NCBI GenBank assembly: GCA_050084985.1
Contig: JBITNC010000001.1
Span: forward strand, 83,762,001-83,826,000
Reading direction: 5' to 3'
Source of the DNA: Nageia nagi
Lineage: Eukaryota > Plantae > Pinophyta
DNA: 64,000 nucleotides
How positions within the stretch are numbered: the first letter of the stretch is position 1; each line of letters begins with the position of its first letter. This document shows positions 39,420-53,400 of this stretch, piece by piece. The position numbers were made by a program, and so were the translations under genes. Below the pieces are notes generated by a model. That model worked only from the letters and a program-made list of their open reading frames with translations. It was not told where the DNA came from and searched no databases.

Positions 39420-42200
39420 TATGTAATAGGAATAAAATGAAGGGGATTTTGTTCAAGCTATTGGGTATGTTAATTTTACATGCTATGATATTTAATTTTG
39501 ATCAGAAAACTCTATTTAATATATTATATTATGATGTAATCACTTTTTGGCTATTTTGTAGATGTGTCTATAGCTTAAAATTATTTTGTATATATGTCAA
39601 TAGCTCATTATGGTAAATGTATTATCATAGTGGCATATATTGTAAGCATTTATAGAAATGTATTCAAAAAGGAGAAACATTAAGAGGGTAATTATGTCAT
39701 TTGATAGTATGCATAAAATAATTCATGGAATGTAATGATTGTGGGTTATGCAAGGAATATTTGTATAAAATAAATCCATCATACTATTTTATAAAATGTA
39801 ATATACAACCATTAATACAAATGATGTTATATTTGTTAGTGTATTATATCCATGTAGCCATGTAGATCTATAGGGCTATCAATACATCAAATTCATGAAT
39901 TAGCCCACAATGAAACACTATACATGTGTGGTTGAATACACCCATATTGTCTAACATTTTTCCAATATATTTACTTTAATTTCTCATATAATGTCAACAC
40001 TTCAAGCATGGGATGCAATGGGTAGATATACTTTATAGCTTGTAATTAAATAATGTAAAATCTAGAAACTTATGCTTTTTACTCCATGTAAACAAAAAGG
40101 AAATAATTTAGAATATGTGCTTATTAGTTATTTTGGGCATATATAAGAATAGAAAACACTTTATAAAGAGCATGTCAATAAACATTGATATTGCAATATA
40201 GACTTGTTTACTCAAATCCTATAGATTTCATAATAAAATAAGGCATGTAAATTTAAGCAAAAATAACTAGATGTAATTTTCTTTTACATGGAATTGTGAT
40301 AAAAATGTATACAAAATGTAGGTATGCAACTATAACACTAGTATAAAAAAGCAAATCCTACTTCATAAATATTTTATTACTTACTCTTATGTCAACTTGC
40401 AAAGACACACTAGCATATGCTACTTTATAAATCATTACAACAAGCTTTGTCCCATCCATGAAAAGGTTTTTTTTCACTCATTTACCATCTTCATTGAAAC
40501 ATGTTTTTTGAAAGATTCATGTGCTAATATGAACTTGTTGATATAATAAAATAAAATAACATAGAAATCGAAATCATTTTGTTGATATAATAGTTGTTAA
40601 ATCACTCACATAGCTAAAAAGAAGTCTCATGGGATGAATAATTATACATGAGGCTGTAAATACTTTAATAGCATCATGAGTGATGTTTATTACTTTATTC
40701 CTAGCATGAATAATTATACATGAATTCTTGAACTTCTTGGTCATTAAAGAAGCTTTGACCTTCATTTTCAAGAAGCCCATAAAACTTAAATTATATGTAT
40801 GGATGTTTCTACTTGATGCTAGTAGTTTACATAAGAATGTAGTTATAGGGGAGTTTGTGCCAACAAAATATTTTTTGTTGGAGGATAAACATGCTTAATC
40901 TTATGTTCTTCTTTCAAATATTTATATTGAATTGGGTAGCTAGGATGATGCTAAAATAGTCATGACATTGATAAAACATAAAGGAATCAAGAGTAATTGA
41001 AAAGGGCTTTTCATTGAATGTTGTGGTTGTGAACACCATGATAGATGCATATGAAAAATATGGAAGAATACACAAAGCCCAAAAATTATTTCATAATGTA
41101 TATATAATTTTATTGATTGCAATAATCATAGGATATCCACAACATGATTCAAACATAGTTTTATAGATAGCAATAATCCTAGAATATGCAAAAGAAGATA
41201 CATTGAAAGGGTCTATGATGTTTTTGAAAACATTCCACATTGAGATGCTATCTCATGGACTAAAATGATCCTAAGATATGCAAAAATAAGGTTTTTTGAA
41301 AAGGCTTTAGAAACATTTAAGCACATAAAATTATCATCATGTGTAAATCCAAACTCTACAATCTTTGTTAGCATTCTCCTATCATGTGACACCATGGGAT
41401 ATCTTGAAGAAGGTATTAATTTCCATTAAGTAGTATTTGAAAATAGCTTATCATTAAATATTGTTATTGTGAATACCCTAATAAATATTTATATAAAATA
41501 TGGAATAATACATAAGGTATAAGACTTATTTAATAATATGTATGATGTAGATATAATTTTCTATATTGAAAAGATTGGAGGATATGCAATTCATAGACAT
41601 AATAAGGATTCCCTCAAAATATTTGATCTAATGAAGTGTTTGGGACCAAAATTTGACATCATAACCATAATATATGTTCTACTAGCATATATCCATATAG
41701 ATGTAGTGGATGAGGGTCATAAATACATCAATAACAAAAGGGATTTTTATCACATTATTCTAGGGATGAATAATTATATATGTATTTTTGACCTTCTTAG
41801 CCATGCATTCTATCATTATCAAAATTCCCATATAATTTGTATTAAATGTTTAAAGAATTATCGATACTTATATCACCCATAATGAAATAATATATACATT
41901 TATGATTGATCTTCTTGGTCAACTAGGGCATTTAGATGAAGTAAAAGACTTTATAAATAGTATACCAATAAACCTTATTACTGCAATGTTGACTGGTTTT
42001 CTTCATACCTTGATCAATTTTCAAGAGATAGTAATATATTTATTTTCCTTATGCTTCTCACCTTCTTTGCCCTATTTTCATTATATTTGTTAGGTTTGGT
42101 GCCAATTCATGAGTCATAATAATGAAATAACATAATACATATATGGTTCATCTTCATGGTTGTGCTAAGCATTTAGAGCAAAAGAAATGACCTTCTTGGA
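39420..42200 (+). pseudogene. Rearranged PLS-class pentatricopeptide repeat pseudogene fragments including an E domain
   Basis: SWNVMIVGYARN ~39725; PTMKHYTCVV ~39905; YVLLSNIY ~40903; IDAYEKYGRIHKAQKLF 41041; DAISWTKMILRYAK; MIDLLGQLGHLDEVKDFI 41902; many stops and frameshifts. Confidence 0.9.
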
Positions 42201-42960
42201 CATGTTGGCTTCATACTTTCAATAGATTATAGGAAATGGATCTTGTCATCTATTGCCAAGTGGGAGGTGAGAAAATAGTTTGTAATTCCTATTTGATTCT
42301 TAGATCCTTTCCTCCACAAGGGGTTTCTGTTAGTAGGAAATGGTAAATAACATGTGAGTGCTACAAGGGGTTATTTTTAATATCAACTTGAAGAATCAGT
42401 ATATTCATAAATATATTATAAAATAAGGGGCTAGGGGTTTTTACCATTGGGGAGGGGTTACTATGGTGATTACTGGGGTCACACTAGGGATGGGGAATCA
42501 CCATGGATGAATAGGGATTGGATTGTATATGATGATATTATTCTTCTATTGCTCTTTAGTTTTATTATTTTGAAATAATTAAAATATTATTATATTATTT
42601 TACTATCAAATACATCCTAACATATTAAATTTATTAATTAATTGATCTTTTTACAAATTTAAACAAATTAATATTAAGTTGATAAAATTAAAATAATACA
42701 TATAATTAACAAATATGAACAAACTAACCATCAACACATTTGCTAAAAACACAAATTGTTAAATGACATTATATATATATATATAAAAAAAAAAATTTAA
42801 AGATACAAATACTAAAATGTATTTTTTTTAATGTGCTTTTCAAAATATATGGTCAATTGCTTCTTTCCAAAAATATTCTGTTTGAGTTTAAATCATTGAC
42901 ATATTAAGGATTAGAAGATTTTATTATTATTTTTTGTTTGAAATATAACTTATGGAGAAA

Positions 42961-43035
42961 CAAAGAAAGAAAGAAAATATATTAATGTCCATGGGTGACC
43001 AAAAGCAACCAATTGGATTGGAGTTTACAAGAATG
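42961..43035 (-). mobile_element. Non-LTR 3' terminus shared with the SINE family, attached to a different body
   Basis: Minus strand GCTTTTGGTCACCCATGGACATTAATATATTTTCTTTCTTTC. Confidence 0.6.
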
Positions 43036-44288
43036 ATAAAGTAGGAAACAAGGCCCAAGTGTACAAAATCTAGCTAAATAGGAATACAATATAGTTATGG
43101 ATGGTTAAGAAGAGATCGCATTAAGCCTAGATAAAGAGTGTAAAGAAAATATCAACAATGTAGTAAAGGTGGATCCTTCTTATCTTAAAGGCTCACATTT
43201 GAGTTGAATTTACTAGTATTGAAGGAATATTATACATTGATGAAATAGTAAAACTACCAAGAGGTAGTCTTAATTGATTTAATTTTTTTTTGTAAAATGG
43301 TAAGTTTAAAATTATTATGTAGGGGTTTACCATGAGGGGTTTAAAAAATTAAAAGGGGAGGTGGTAAATTTAAAAAATAAGGGGGTTTTTAATAACCCCA
43401 TGCATGCACATGTTTTAATAGCTTCCTATTAAGAGACCCCCCACGCTTTCCTCTAAGCTTCTAATATTTTTTGTGATGGAGAGGGTAGGTATGAAACACC
43501 TAGTTTGTATTTTGAGAGAAAACTTTTGGGTAGGTGCTAAAGTGTTTACCTAAAGTTTTCTATTTTTGATTAAATTTTATGGTATATTTCAATCATTATT
43601 GTATCACATATTAGGATGGTTAATTAACAATATAAAAAACTACCTTGTATATTCATATATAATGGTAGCTTAACACCTCTCTAAAAACTACCTTATATGC
43701 CTACATAAAATGGTGGTTAAAAAGCATGATGAGAGAACCATCATAAATCATCTATTGTTAAAGCCTAATTTTCTTGTAGTTAATGTTTAATAAATTTCAT
43801 TTGTTAACTAGTAGGTTATAATTTTCATGTGTACATTTCTAGTAATATAAGGATATGGCACCTCGATCAAGATTTAGGGACATGAAAATAAGAGCTTTTA
43901 TAGATCAAATATTTCCTTTTCCTTATTTTTGTCTTATTATGTTGCATTATTCATAAATTTTTAGGAAATAATTTTTAAGGCTTGTTGGATGTTTCAATAT
44001 TTTATTACATTTTCTATTTACATTATAGATTTCTTTGTTAGATTTTGAAGCCTAAAAGTTAGCTAAGTATAAAAGTAGCTATTGGTTTCATATTTGGTAT
44101 GAACAAATTTTATTTCTATGATCAATCAATGGGGTATTAACTAAGCACATAGATTGGTTGTCAAGTCTTGACTAACCAACTTTGTGATAGCCAACCAAAA
44201 CCTAATGGGTTTGATCATGACCAATTGCAAACTACAGACATAAGGATTTTATTTTTAGTGATCAAACTTAATCTTTGTTTATTCTAGT

Positions 44289-45978
44289 TATATATTTATA
44301 AATATGATTTTTATTAATTAATAAAACATACTTATTTCAATAAGAAATAATATTGTAAAATGGGTGTAAATGCATCATAAGCAATGTACTTAGCAGATAA
44401 CAATGTAAAAGTTGTAGATCTTAAGAAGGTAAAGTCATCTATAAAAGGAGAAGCAAAGTAAATATTTGATAAAAGAGAAAATCCAAGGAATATGCCACAA
44501 ATACAATAACATATATTGAAACCACCTCTCCAACTTGGATTTGTTATCCCCCTCTTACTATGAATCATTTTCATTCTTTATGCGAGGTAAGATTCTTCAA
44601 AATAAACAGTGTTGGTTCCCTTCATTGACTGCATCAACAATAATGATGATGTTCTTTCTTCATCTAGAGGATTCATAATTTGAATTCTTAAAGCTCTTTC
44701 ATGATTAGAAGTTAGGCATGTGATAACTCATTTTTTATCTTTTAGAAAAACTCTATCAGATGATGATATTCTTTTTATCATTTGGAGATAAAATTAAGCT
44801 TGCATTACTTCAAATATATATATTATAGATATAATAATGTATTATTTATTTAATTTATTATTTATGGTTTATATTTTGGTGAACTTGACTATTTTGAAGA
44901 ATTTTGTCCCTTGGGGAAATATTTTATGCATATCCAAGAATGAGCTTCATTTGATATTATTTTTCTCTTAAATCTTTATTTGCCACTACTTCAGCAAATA
45001 CCAAGGTTTATGGAATGGGGTATTGCTCAAATAGATACCAATATTGATGCATTGGCCATTATTTTTAAGGTGTTAGTACTAACATATTTAGCCACTATAG
45101 TAGCATACACTAATATAGATCTTATGGGAAAGTAGTTTTTAAGGAAGCAACCAAGAGCATAAATTTTGAACCCAAAAAGTTATATAAAAGCGATGTCCAT
45201 GCCATCAGTAGCCTACAACAACAACATACATATTTTTCTTCCTTATAATAAACAATACACCAATAATATTATTCATCAATGAAGGGATATTGAAGGCTTC
45301 TAGAACCCGTGAACTCCCTAGTATCAAGAATGAAGGAATCATCACCATCCATCAAGGGAGGAGAAGAGAGTTTCCTGTTGCATCATAGCAAATAGTTGAA
45401 GAAAACTATAATGGAGAGTAGATACAAAAGCATAATTAATCCCTCAAGATTAGAGTTATTGGTGAGTTCTTAGGGAAACCTCAAAATATTATCTTTCTCC
45501 ATCTTATTTTTATCTTGATTTCCCTATCCATGGAGCTTTCTTGGGGCAACCAAGTAAAAAAGGGGCATACAAGGGGCATCAAACCAACAATGATCAAGGA
45601 AAAATAGTTCAATTCTAGGCATATATTTTTCTTTGTTATTTATTTGAATTATGCAATTTCAATTCTTTTCATTACATATCCAAAGAGGGGTAATGTAGAT
45701 GACTAAATATGATTTTTATTAATTAATAAATTTTATTTATTCCATCAAGAAATAATATTTAAAAAAGGGTATAAATGCAACATAAGCAATGTAATGAGTA
45801 GATAACAATGTAAAAGGTGTAGATTTCAAGAAGTAAAAATCATCTATAAAAGGAGAAGAAAGTGAATATTTGATAAGAGAGCAAATCCAAGGAATACAAT
45901 GCAAATACAATAGTATCTATTGATAGCACCTCTCCAACTTGTATTTGTGATCCTAAGAATAATTTGCATTCTTTATCA
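44289..45978 (+). mobile_element. Internally deleted LTR element: 5' LTR ~44289-44872, tRNA-Trp-like PBS, PPT, truncated 3' LTR 45694-45978
   Basis: ~290 bp direct repeats; TGGTGAACTTGAC at 44877; PPT AAAGAGGGGTAA followed by TG at 45694. Confidence 0.75.
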
Positions 45979-46077
45979 TACATACACATGTGACCACTTA
46001 TTTTATATTTACTCAAAAATATCTATCCAATGGTGATATTAATTTATCATTTATAGATCAAATTTGGCTTGCATTGA

Positions 46078-46116
46078 TTCATATATAGAGAGAGAGACAC
46101 ACACACAGATATATAT

Positions 46117-46196
<80 letters not shown>

Positions 46197-46214
46197 TGTA
46201 TGTATGTATGTATG

Positions 46215-46294
<80 letters not shown>

Positions 46295-46380
46295 TATGTA
46301 TATATATATATATATGTGTATGTGTGTGTATGTATATAATATATATATATATATATCTGTGTGTGTGTGTGTGTATGTAT
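46078..46380. repeat. Compound microsatellite (GA)/(CA)/(TA)/(TATG)/(TG)
   Basis: Seen directly; explains the spurious ORFs at 46051-46410. Confidence 0.98.
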
Positions 46381-46434
46381 CATAAACATGATAATAAATT
46401 ATTTATTTAATTGATTATTTATTATTTATACTAG

Positions 46435-49400
46435 TATTGAGAACTAGAGGTTGCATTAAGAGGTCTTTTCTATTATTGTAAAATTACTCCAGCCGTGAGT
46501 AGGAAACTAGAGTAGAATGAATATATAAGTGTGTGTGAAATTCAATATAGTACTCATGGTGTAGAATTGTGAAGGAATTGAAAGGACTATAAAACTTTAC
46601 ACATACTATTTTAAGTGGGAATTTATTTATAAATCAAAGAGGAAGGAATAATGATATTGACTAGAGGTTGGATCTTGTCATGCTTGGACTAATGAATTCA
46701 AGGGACTAAACTTTCTTTGTGGACATAAAAAAATTGGGTGTACCATGTTACATCTTTATCTTATCTTGCTTGTGTAATTTTGTTTTACTTATTTTTCTTC
46801 TATGAATCTAGAATATATTGAATTGCTCATCTATATTTTATTTAGTCAATCCTAACAACTTGTATCAAAGTTTTATTTTGGGTACTTGATAGAAAGGAGG
46901 GTTTCTATATCAAGTTGAACCAATCATAGAAGAATGAAAGTTCAAGGTTGAAATATTAAATGAGCATGACTTTGGGATTTGGAAGATGTAGGTGGAGGAT
47001 TATCTATATTATAAGTACCTGTATCTACCATCGAGTTGAAAGATAAAAATGTTGAAGACTATATCAAATAAAGAGTGGGCTCTTCTTAAGAAAAAGACAT
47101 TGGGAATGATTCAACTATGCCTAGAAGCCATAGCAGCCTTTAATATCTAGTTCAAGTAAAACATAGTCAAACACCTAATGATAACTTTATCCAATTTGTC
47201 TAAAACAACCCTTGTCTTCTTATCAAACATTTGTTTAATTTTTAAATAATTGAAGGTGGATTTGTTATTGACCACTTGAGTAAATTTAATATGGTTACTG
47301 ATAAATTAAATTCATTGAAAATATAATTTTAAGATGAAACTAGGATATTTTTGATCTTATGCTCATTGCCAATCAGCAGCAATATTTTGGTGATGACCAT
47401 GAATAATTCTATTTAAGATTATTAAACACTATATTTTGATGAAGTTATTAGTGTAATCCTTAGTGATGATATGTAGCAAAAAAGCATAGGTCAAACATCA
47501 TGTATGACTTTGAGTATTGATAATAGGGGAAAATAAAGGGAAAGAGATAAAAGTCAAAACCATGGAAAATCAAAGTGTAGATCCAAATCCAAGGGAAAAG
47601 GTAAATTAAAATTTATATTGGTACTATGGGAAGAAAAGGCACTTAAGTAAATATTATTGGTCTTTAAAATGAGATGGAAAAGAAGGTATTGAAATAATAA
47701 TATTTATTATTAGTTTATTCATTATGATTCCTATTTTCATGCCACACTTCTCACATGGATTATTTAATAGATTATGTTTAAGGTGATTTTGGATATGTTT
47801 TGTATGTCAATGATAAACCATGCAAAAGTTTAGTAATGGAAAAGATCATGATTAAATAGCCTGATTGAAATAAGCATATTCTTAAGGAAGCAAAGCACAT
47901 ACCTAATTTAAAGAGAAACTTCAATTTGGTAGGTAAGCTTGATCTTGTAAATAAGTACATTTGCTAATTATATATGAAATATTAATAAGGTTTCTCGGTT
48001 GTAGTAAGAGGTAATATGGTTGGTATAATACATTTTCTTACTGGTACATCTTACTAGTCCATGAAACTAGTTTCTACTAGTGAGGGTGCAAATTTGTGGT
48101 ATCTCAAGCTTGAAAATATTAGTGAGAAATATATGCAAATTTCCACTCAAAGTAATTATTTCAAAATTTGAAACAAATTGATTTGGGATTTTATGAAGGT
48201 TTTTTATATGGAAAAAAAAAGAGAGTGAAATTTCTCATGTTTGGGAATTAGAAGAACAAGGGTAAATTAGAGCTTCTACACATGAATGTGACTTTAGAAG
48301 ATGATGCAACTAGGAAGACTTGGGTTTATTGCATAAAGATAAAATCTAATGTATTATACACTTTTAAGAAATGGAAATATTTGCTTGAGAATGACACAAA
48401 TAATTGGTTTAAGTGTCTCATATAATATAATGGAGAAGTGTATTGTAACAAGGAATTTTTCAACTCTTTTTCACTTAATGGAATTTAAAGGGTTAAAATG
48501 GTTCCAAGTACAACTCAAGATAAAGATATGTTACTAAGGATGAATAGAAATGTTATGGATCATGCATGGTGTCTAAGGTTACATTAAACTTTTTCTTTAT
48601 AGTTATGCACTAATGTTGTCAAAACTATTATGTATTTGATTAATATGGGATCATCTAATGCTTTGCAAAGTGTGATTCTAAAAGAGGCTTAGATAGGTAA
48701 AATTGTCAATTATTCCTTTCTTAAGATTTTTTGGTGTTAATATTTTATGTATGTTGATAAAGAAAGTAGAAAAAATATTGATGCTAAATCCTAAAAGTGT
48801 TATTTCATTAGATATATAGTGGATGGTTTAGGATATAGTGTATGTCATTATGATAACTAGAAAATAATCATGAGTAGGGATGTGGTGTTTAAAAAAAAAA
48901 GGTTTACATAAAGATAGGTTATTGGTAAAGAAGAATGATTCCAAGTATGTTATACTTGATTAAATCAATGAGAAGAATATACCAAGTGTGCAAGAGAATA
49001 ATCAACATTAAGATCCAAAACCTTAACCAAGTGATGTTAGCATATCTTTAAGGGTAAGTAAACAACCTAAGAATTATTCCCTTGCACTTTATTATTTATT
49101 CTATACAAATGCTAGTGAGCTAGAATGTCGTGAATAAGTTATGTAGATTGAAATCAAGATAAAGTGGAATCTTCATATGTTTAGGATATGGAATTCTTAA
49201 TGTAAAATGAAATTTAGGCTTTGGTTAAGTTAACTATATGTAAGAAATATTTTTATAGCAAGCGAGTATACAAGATAAAGGAGTAAGTAGGAGGCCAAAA
49301 AAAGTACAAGGAAATACTTGTGGTCAAAGGATTTTGACAAAAGAAAGGTATAAATTTTAAAGAGATTTTATGTAAATTTTTTAAAATAACTTCAACCAAG

Positions 49401-50474
49401 ACTATATTGAGAATGTTGGATATAGAGGACTTGTATATTTAGAATTTAGATGTTAAGGAAAGCTTTCTCTATGGTGACTTACATCAAGAAATAAGCATTC
49501 ATCAAACAAAAGGGTATAAAGTCAAGGAAAAATAGAGTATGGTATGAAAGCTAAAGAAGAGCTTTTATGGCCTTAAGTAATATCCAAGGAAATGGTACTT
49601 AAGATTGGATAGTTTTATAGCTGATCAAGAGTATGTGAGATGTCAACATGACAATTTTTTATATTTTATGAAAATAGATAATGAAAATTTTGTTATCCTA
49701 TTATTATATGTAGATGATATGCTTATTGTATAATTTACCATGCAAGACATTGATGTAATCAAGAAGAATTTGGAAAGATCATTTTTAATGATAGATTTAG
49801 GAGATGCTAAATAAATCCGTGGTATGAGAATTATAAGAGATAAATATAATCTCATACTCAAGTTATCTAAATTTGAGTACATTGAGAAGGTGGTTAAAAA
49901 ATTTAACATGCAATATAGAAAATCAATTATCACATCTTTTGGCAAATACTTCAAACTTACTTAGGAGATATGTACTAAGATATAAAAGAATGAAAAGTAC
50001 ATGGAAAAGTTTCAATATGCTTCAGTAGTTGGGAGTTTGATGTATGCTATGGTTTGTAAAAGATAGATGTAGCATAAGTAATGGAATTGTGGGTAGCTTC
50101 ATAATCAATCTAGGTAAAGGACATTGGGAAGTAGTGAAGTAAATTATCAAGTATTCAACAAGTAATACTACTTAATATTTGAATTTTGAATGTACAAATT
50201 TAGATAAGATAGGTGACATTGATTGTGGGAGAAGCCTAAAATGATATATCTTGACTATAAATGGAATAACCATTATTTGGATTTCAAAGCTACAATGTGT
50301 TATTTTTCTTTCAACCATAAAAGCAGAGTGTAGTTATTACTAAGGATATTAATAAATCATATGGTTATAAAGGCTTATGTAAGAATAATGTAAGTTTTAG
50401 GAAGATATTAAATTATGGAGTGATAGCCAAAGTGTTATTAAACTAGAAAATAACTTAGCCTTTAATTCAAGGAT
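46435..50474 (+). mobile_element. Old Copia (Tork/Tnt1-like): 5' LTR 46435-46857, gag-pol truncated in RNase H by the Gypsy insertion
   Basis: PBS TTGTATCAAAG 46860; gag KFKVEILN; ILLLYVDDML ~49695; YASVVGSLMYAMVC ~50016; WSDSQS ~50415. Confidence 0.9.
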
Positions 50475-53400
50475 TGTCACAACCCAAATCCACTCTAGAT
50501 TTCCCTTGGTGTGTTTTTTTTTTGTTCAAGTGTGAATTGAGATATTAGATATATGTTATTTGAATAAAATGCTTACTATGCTTTTATTTGTTTCAAGTTA
50601 TGAAATCCTACATAACAATATTGATTACTTATCCTACCTATATATACATGTTACTCCTACAAGTAGTTTTGTGATGTGCAGGTGATAGGTAATGGAAGGT
50701 GGGATGCTCTTGAATGGTTTGGAAATAAATGATTACTAGTGAATCTCATGATCATATAAAATATGAGACACTAGGATAGTTGGGTAAGTGGTTGCATACA
50801 TACAATGTACCATGGGGCAAGACAAGCTCCCTAGGATTGTTAATGTGTGTTTATAATTATCTAGTTGTGTTCTTTAATTTGACTTAAAAATAATTTTTAT
50901 TCCTTAAATTATTGCCAAGGATGTTAATATAATCATCTAAGGATCCCTAATAATTAATATTAGTGGGGAAAGATAATTAAGAGAACTAACTAGGTAGGAA
51001 AAAGGTAAATCTTAATTATTTAAGTATTTTGTGAGAAGGTGTATGTATTACTTATTAATTATTAATTAAGGTAAATTAATAATTAATAATAGTAATCCCT
51101 AATATTAAATATTATTTATTTATTTATTTACCTTAAAATAAATAAATTAAGCTAGATGAGTTTTGATTGGTTGATTGATTAAGGCTAGAGTTAACTAAGC
51201 CTTTAATATATTAATTATAATTAAATAATATTTAATTATACCTGATTGGCATGAGGTGTATCAATTTAGAGCTATTGTGTCCTAGTTGCAAGTTAGGTGA
51301 GCCAATTATATTTTGAGGTGTGCCAATTTTAAGTTGAGATGTTCCTATGGAACTCAATCCATCGAAGTGTTGATTGATGACTAAGTGGGTAGATATTCCC
51401 ACGTAGGAATTAACTCCCACTCACTTGAGTTTAAGTGGTGTTGTCACTCTCCATTATTTTTTAATCCTAGCCCTAGTTAAAAACTATAAATACAACCCTA
51501 GGTTGGAGCTTTTGGTCATTCTTGCTTTTGCATTTATCTGGAGTTGTAAAGTTCTACAATTTTGGAGCCAAGTCCTTCAGCAATTGCAAAATTTAGTGAG
51601 GTTTTCCTCTTGTGTTTATTTACTTCTCTATATTTTTATGAAGGCTTTTTATTTTAATAATTTGATAAAATAATATTATTTGGTTTTATTGCTAAATTAT
51701 CATTTATTAAGAATTTAGTTTATTCCAATTAATGCTCCATTTAAAATTCTAATGGTTTTAAAATCTATGTATAGTTTTGGTATAAGTTTTATGATTTTAC
51801 AATAAGCTTTTTAAGTTAAAACCCTTATTAGTACCTTTGGGTTGGGTACATAAATATTTAGAGATAATATTTATGTTAGTAAAATATTAGAAACTCCTCA
51901 TACACCTTATTTGTAAATTTCTCATTGGTTTTAAACCTACCTTGAAACCTATGAGAAGTATATTCCATTGGGTTCTTATAAGATTAAGGGAGAAGGTTTT
52001 ATATTTAATTCCTAAAATCCATGCAATTTTATGTTATCATTTTTTCTTTTTGAAAAAAAACTTAAAGGAGGGATTGATTATTGTTGGCTTGAAAATGGCT
52101 TTGTAGTTGTACATGGGTTAAAGGGGCCATAATGACCAACTTAGGGGAGTAAGTGGGTTTGAGGGATCCACATGGGTATTGGGGCTCTCCTAAACCCATG
52201 TGAGGCCCCTAGGCCCCTCTCCAATGTCTCCTCCATGGGTAGAAGGTTTAGAGATATGTGAGGTTATGGGAGCCCATGTCATCCCCTATAACCCCTCCTT
52301 ATGCCTTTTGACTATGTTTGGTATTTAGGGTGGGTCTTCGAACCCATGAGACCTTTGAATTCTACCTTGTGTTCTATACCTATCATGGCCTTGATTTGCA
52401 TGCAGATCCTAGGTTTTGGTAGCATAATGCAAGTTTATTTATTTAGAAAAATTTTAAATGCTTTCTTATTATATGTTATTTATTATTATATTAATGTAAT
52501 GACAAACTAGCATGTTTTAATTCTAAATTGAAATAAGATATATTTTAATTTGAAATTAAATACAAAGTTTATGGCTAATTTTTGAAATGGCAAATGTGGT
52601 TTTATGAAAAGAGTATTTAATATATATTTCTTTTATTTTAAAATATTGGAGCAATATTTTTAAATAGAGAATGTGGTATTATTTTTAAAATATAAGTAGA
52701 TATTTTTGAAATATAAGTTTTTAAGAAAAGGTATATTTTTGAAATGTTTGAGTTAGAAAAGTAGGGTGAATTTGATAAGATTTGATAAAGATGTCACATT
52801 GTAGATGGGTATCATTATACTTTCACTAGATTATTAAAGTATATGCTTGAAATTTGAAATAGCTTCAATAAGAAGGTGCATAAGCTCCTTAGTGGGTTAG
52901 ATCATGAAATTTGCACTATTGTAAACTTCCTAGCACCAAAAACACTTAAAAAAGCTTATAAGTTATCCAAATAAAGTGAGGAAAATGTTAGATTCAAGAG
53001 AAATCCTAAAACTACTACTAAAGATGTAGGAAATCTTGAGAAATAAAAGGCTCCCCTAGAAAATGATCAACAAATTAAGAAATAAAAGAAATGACCTCCA
53101 AGAAATAAGAAATCTAGTAGACCTCATGATAGGTTTCAAAAAAAAGGAAATTTTCAAAAGAATGATAATGGTAGTAACCAAGGTCAGCAATGTTAGCAAC
53201 AACAACCTTAGAAGTGTAACTATATGCCAAAAGATCAGAGTCAAGGAAAGGCACCTAGAAATGGATCTTATAACTATGGTGGAGCTCACTTAACCAACAA
53301 ATGACCCAATTGGTTCAATACTCAAAATAAAGAAACAACTCATAGGATCCATACTACAATAGGAAAAGGAGCTTTGGAGACTCAAGCAACACCATTAATG

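Noticed and set aside
39434-39830. PPT-like AAATGAAGGGGA followed by TGTT as an LTR start
   Set aside because: The downstream sequence translates as PPR-like motifs and no partner LTR was found.
42355-43445. Possible DNA transposon with G-rich subterminal repeats (GGGGTTT..ACCAT)
   Set aside because: Could not define terminal inverted repeats or a TSD by eye.
46051-46410. Four ORFs rich in Y/I/V/C/M
   Set aside because: Artefacts of the microsatellite.
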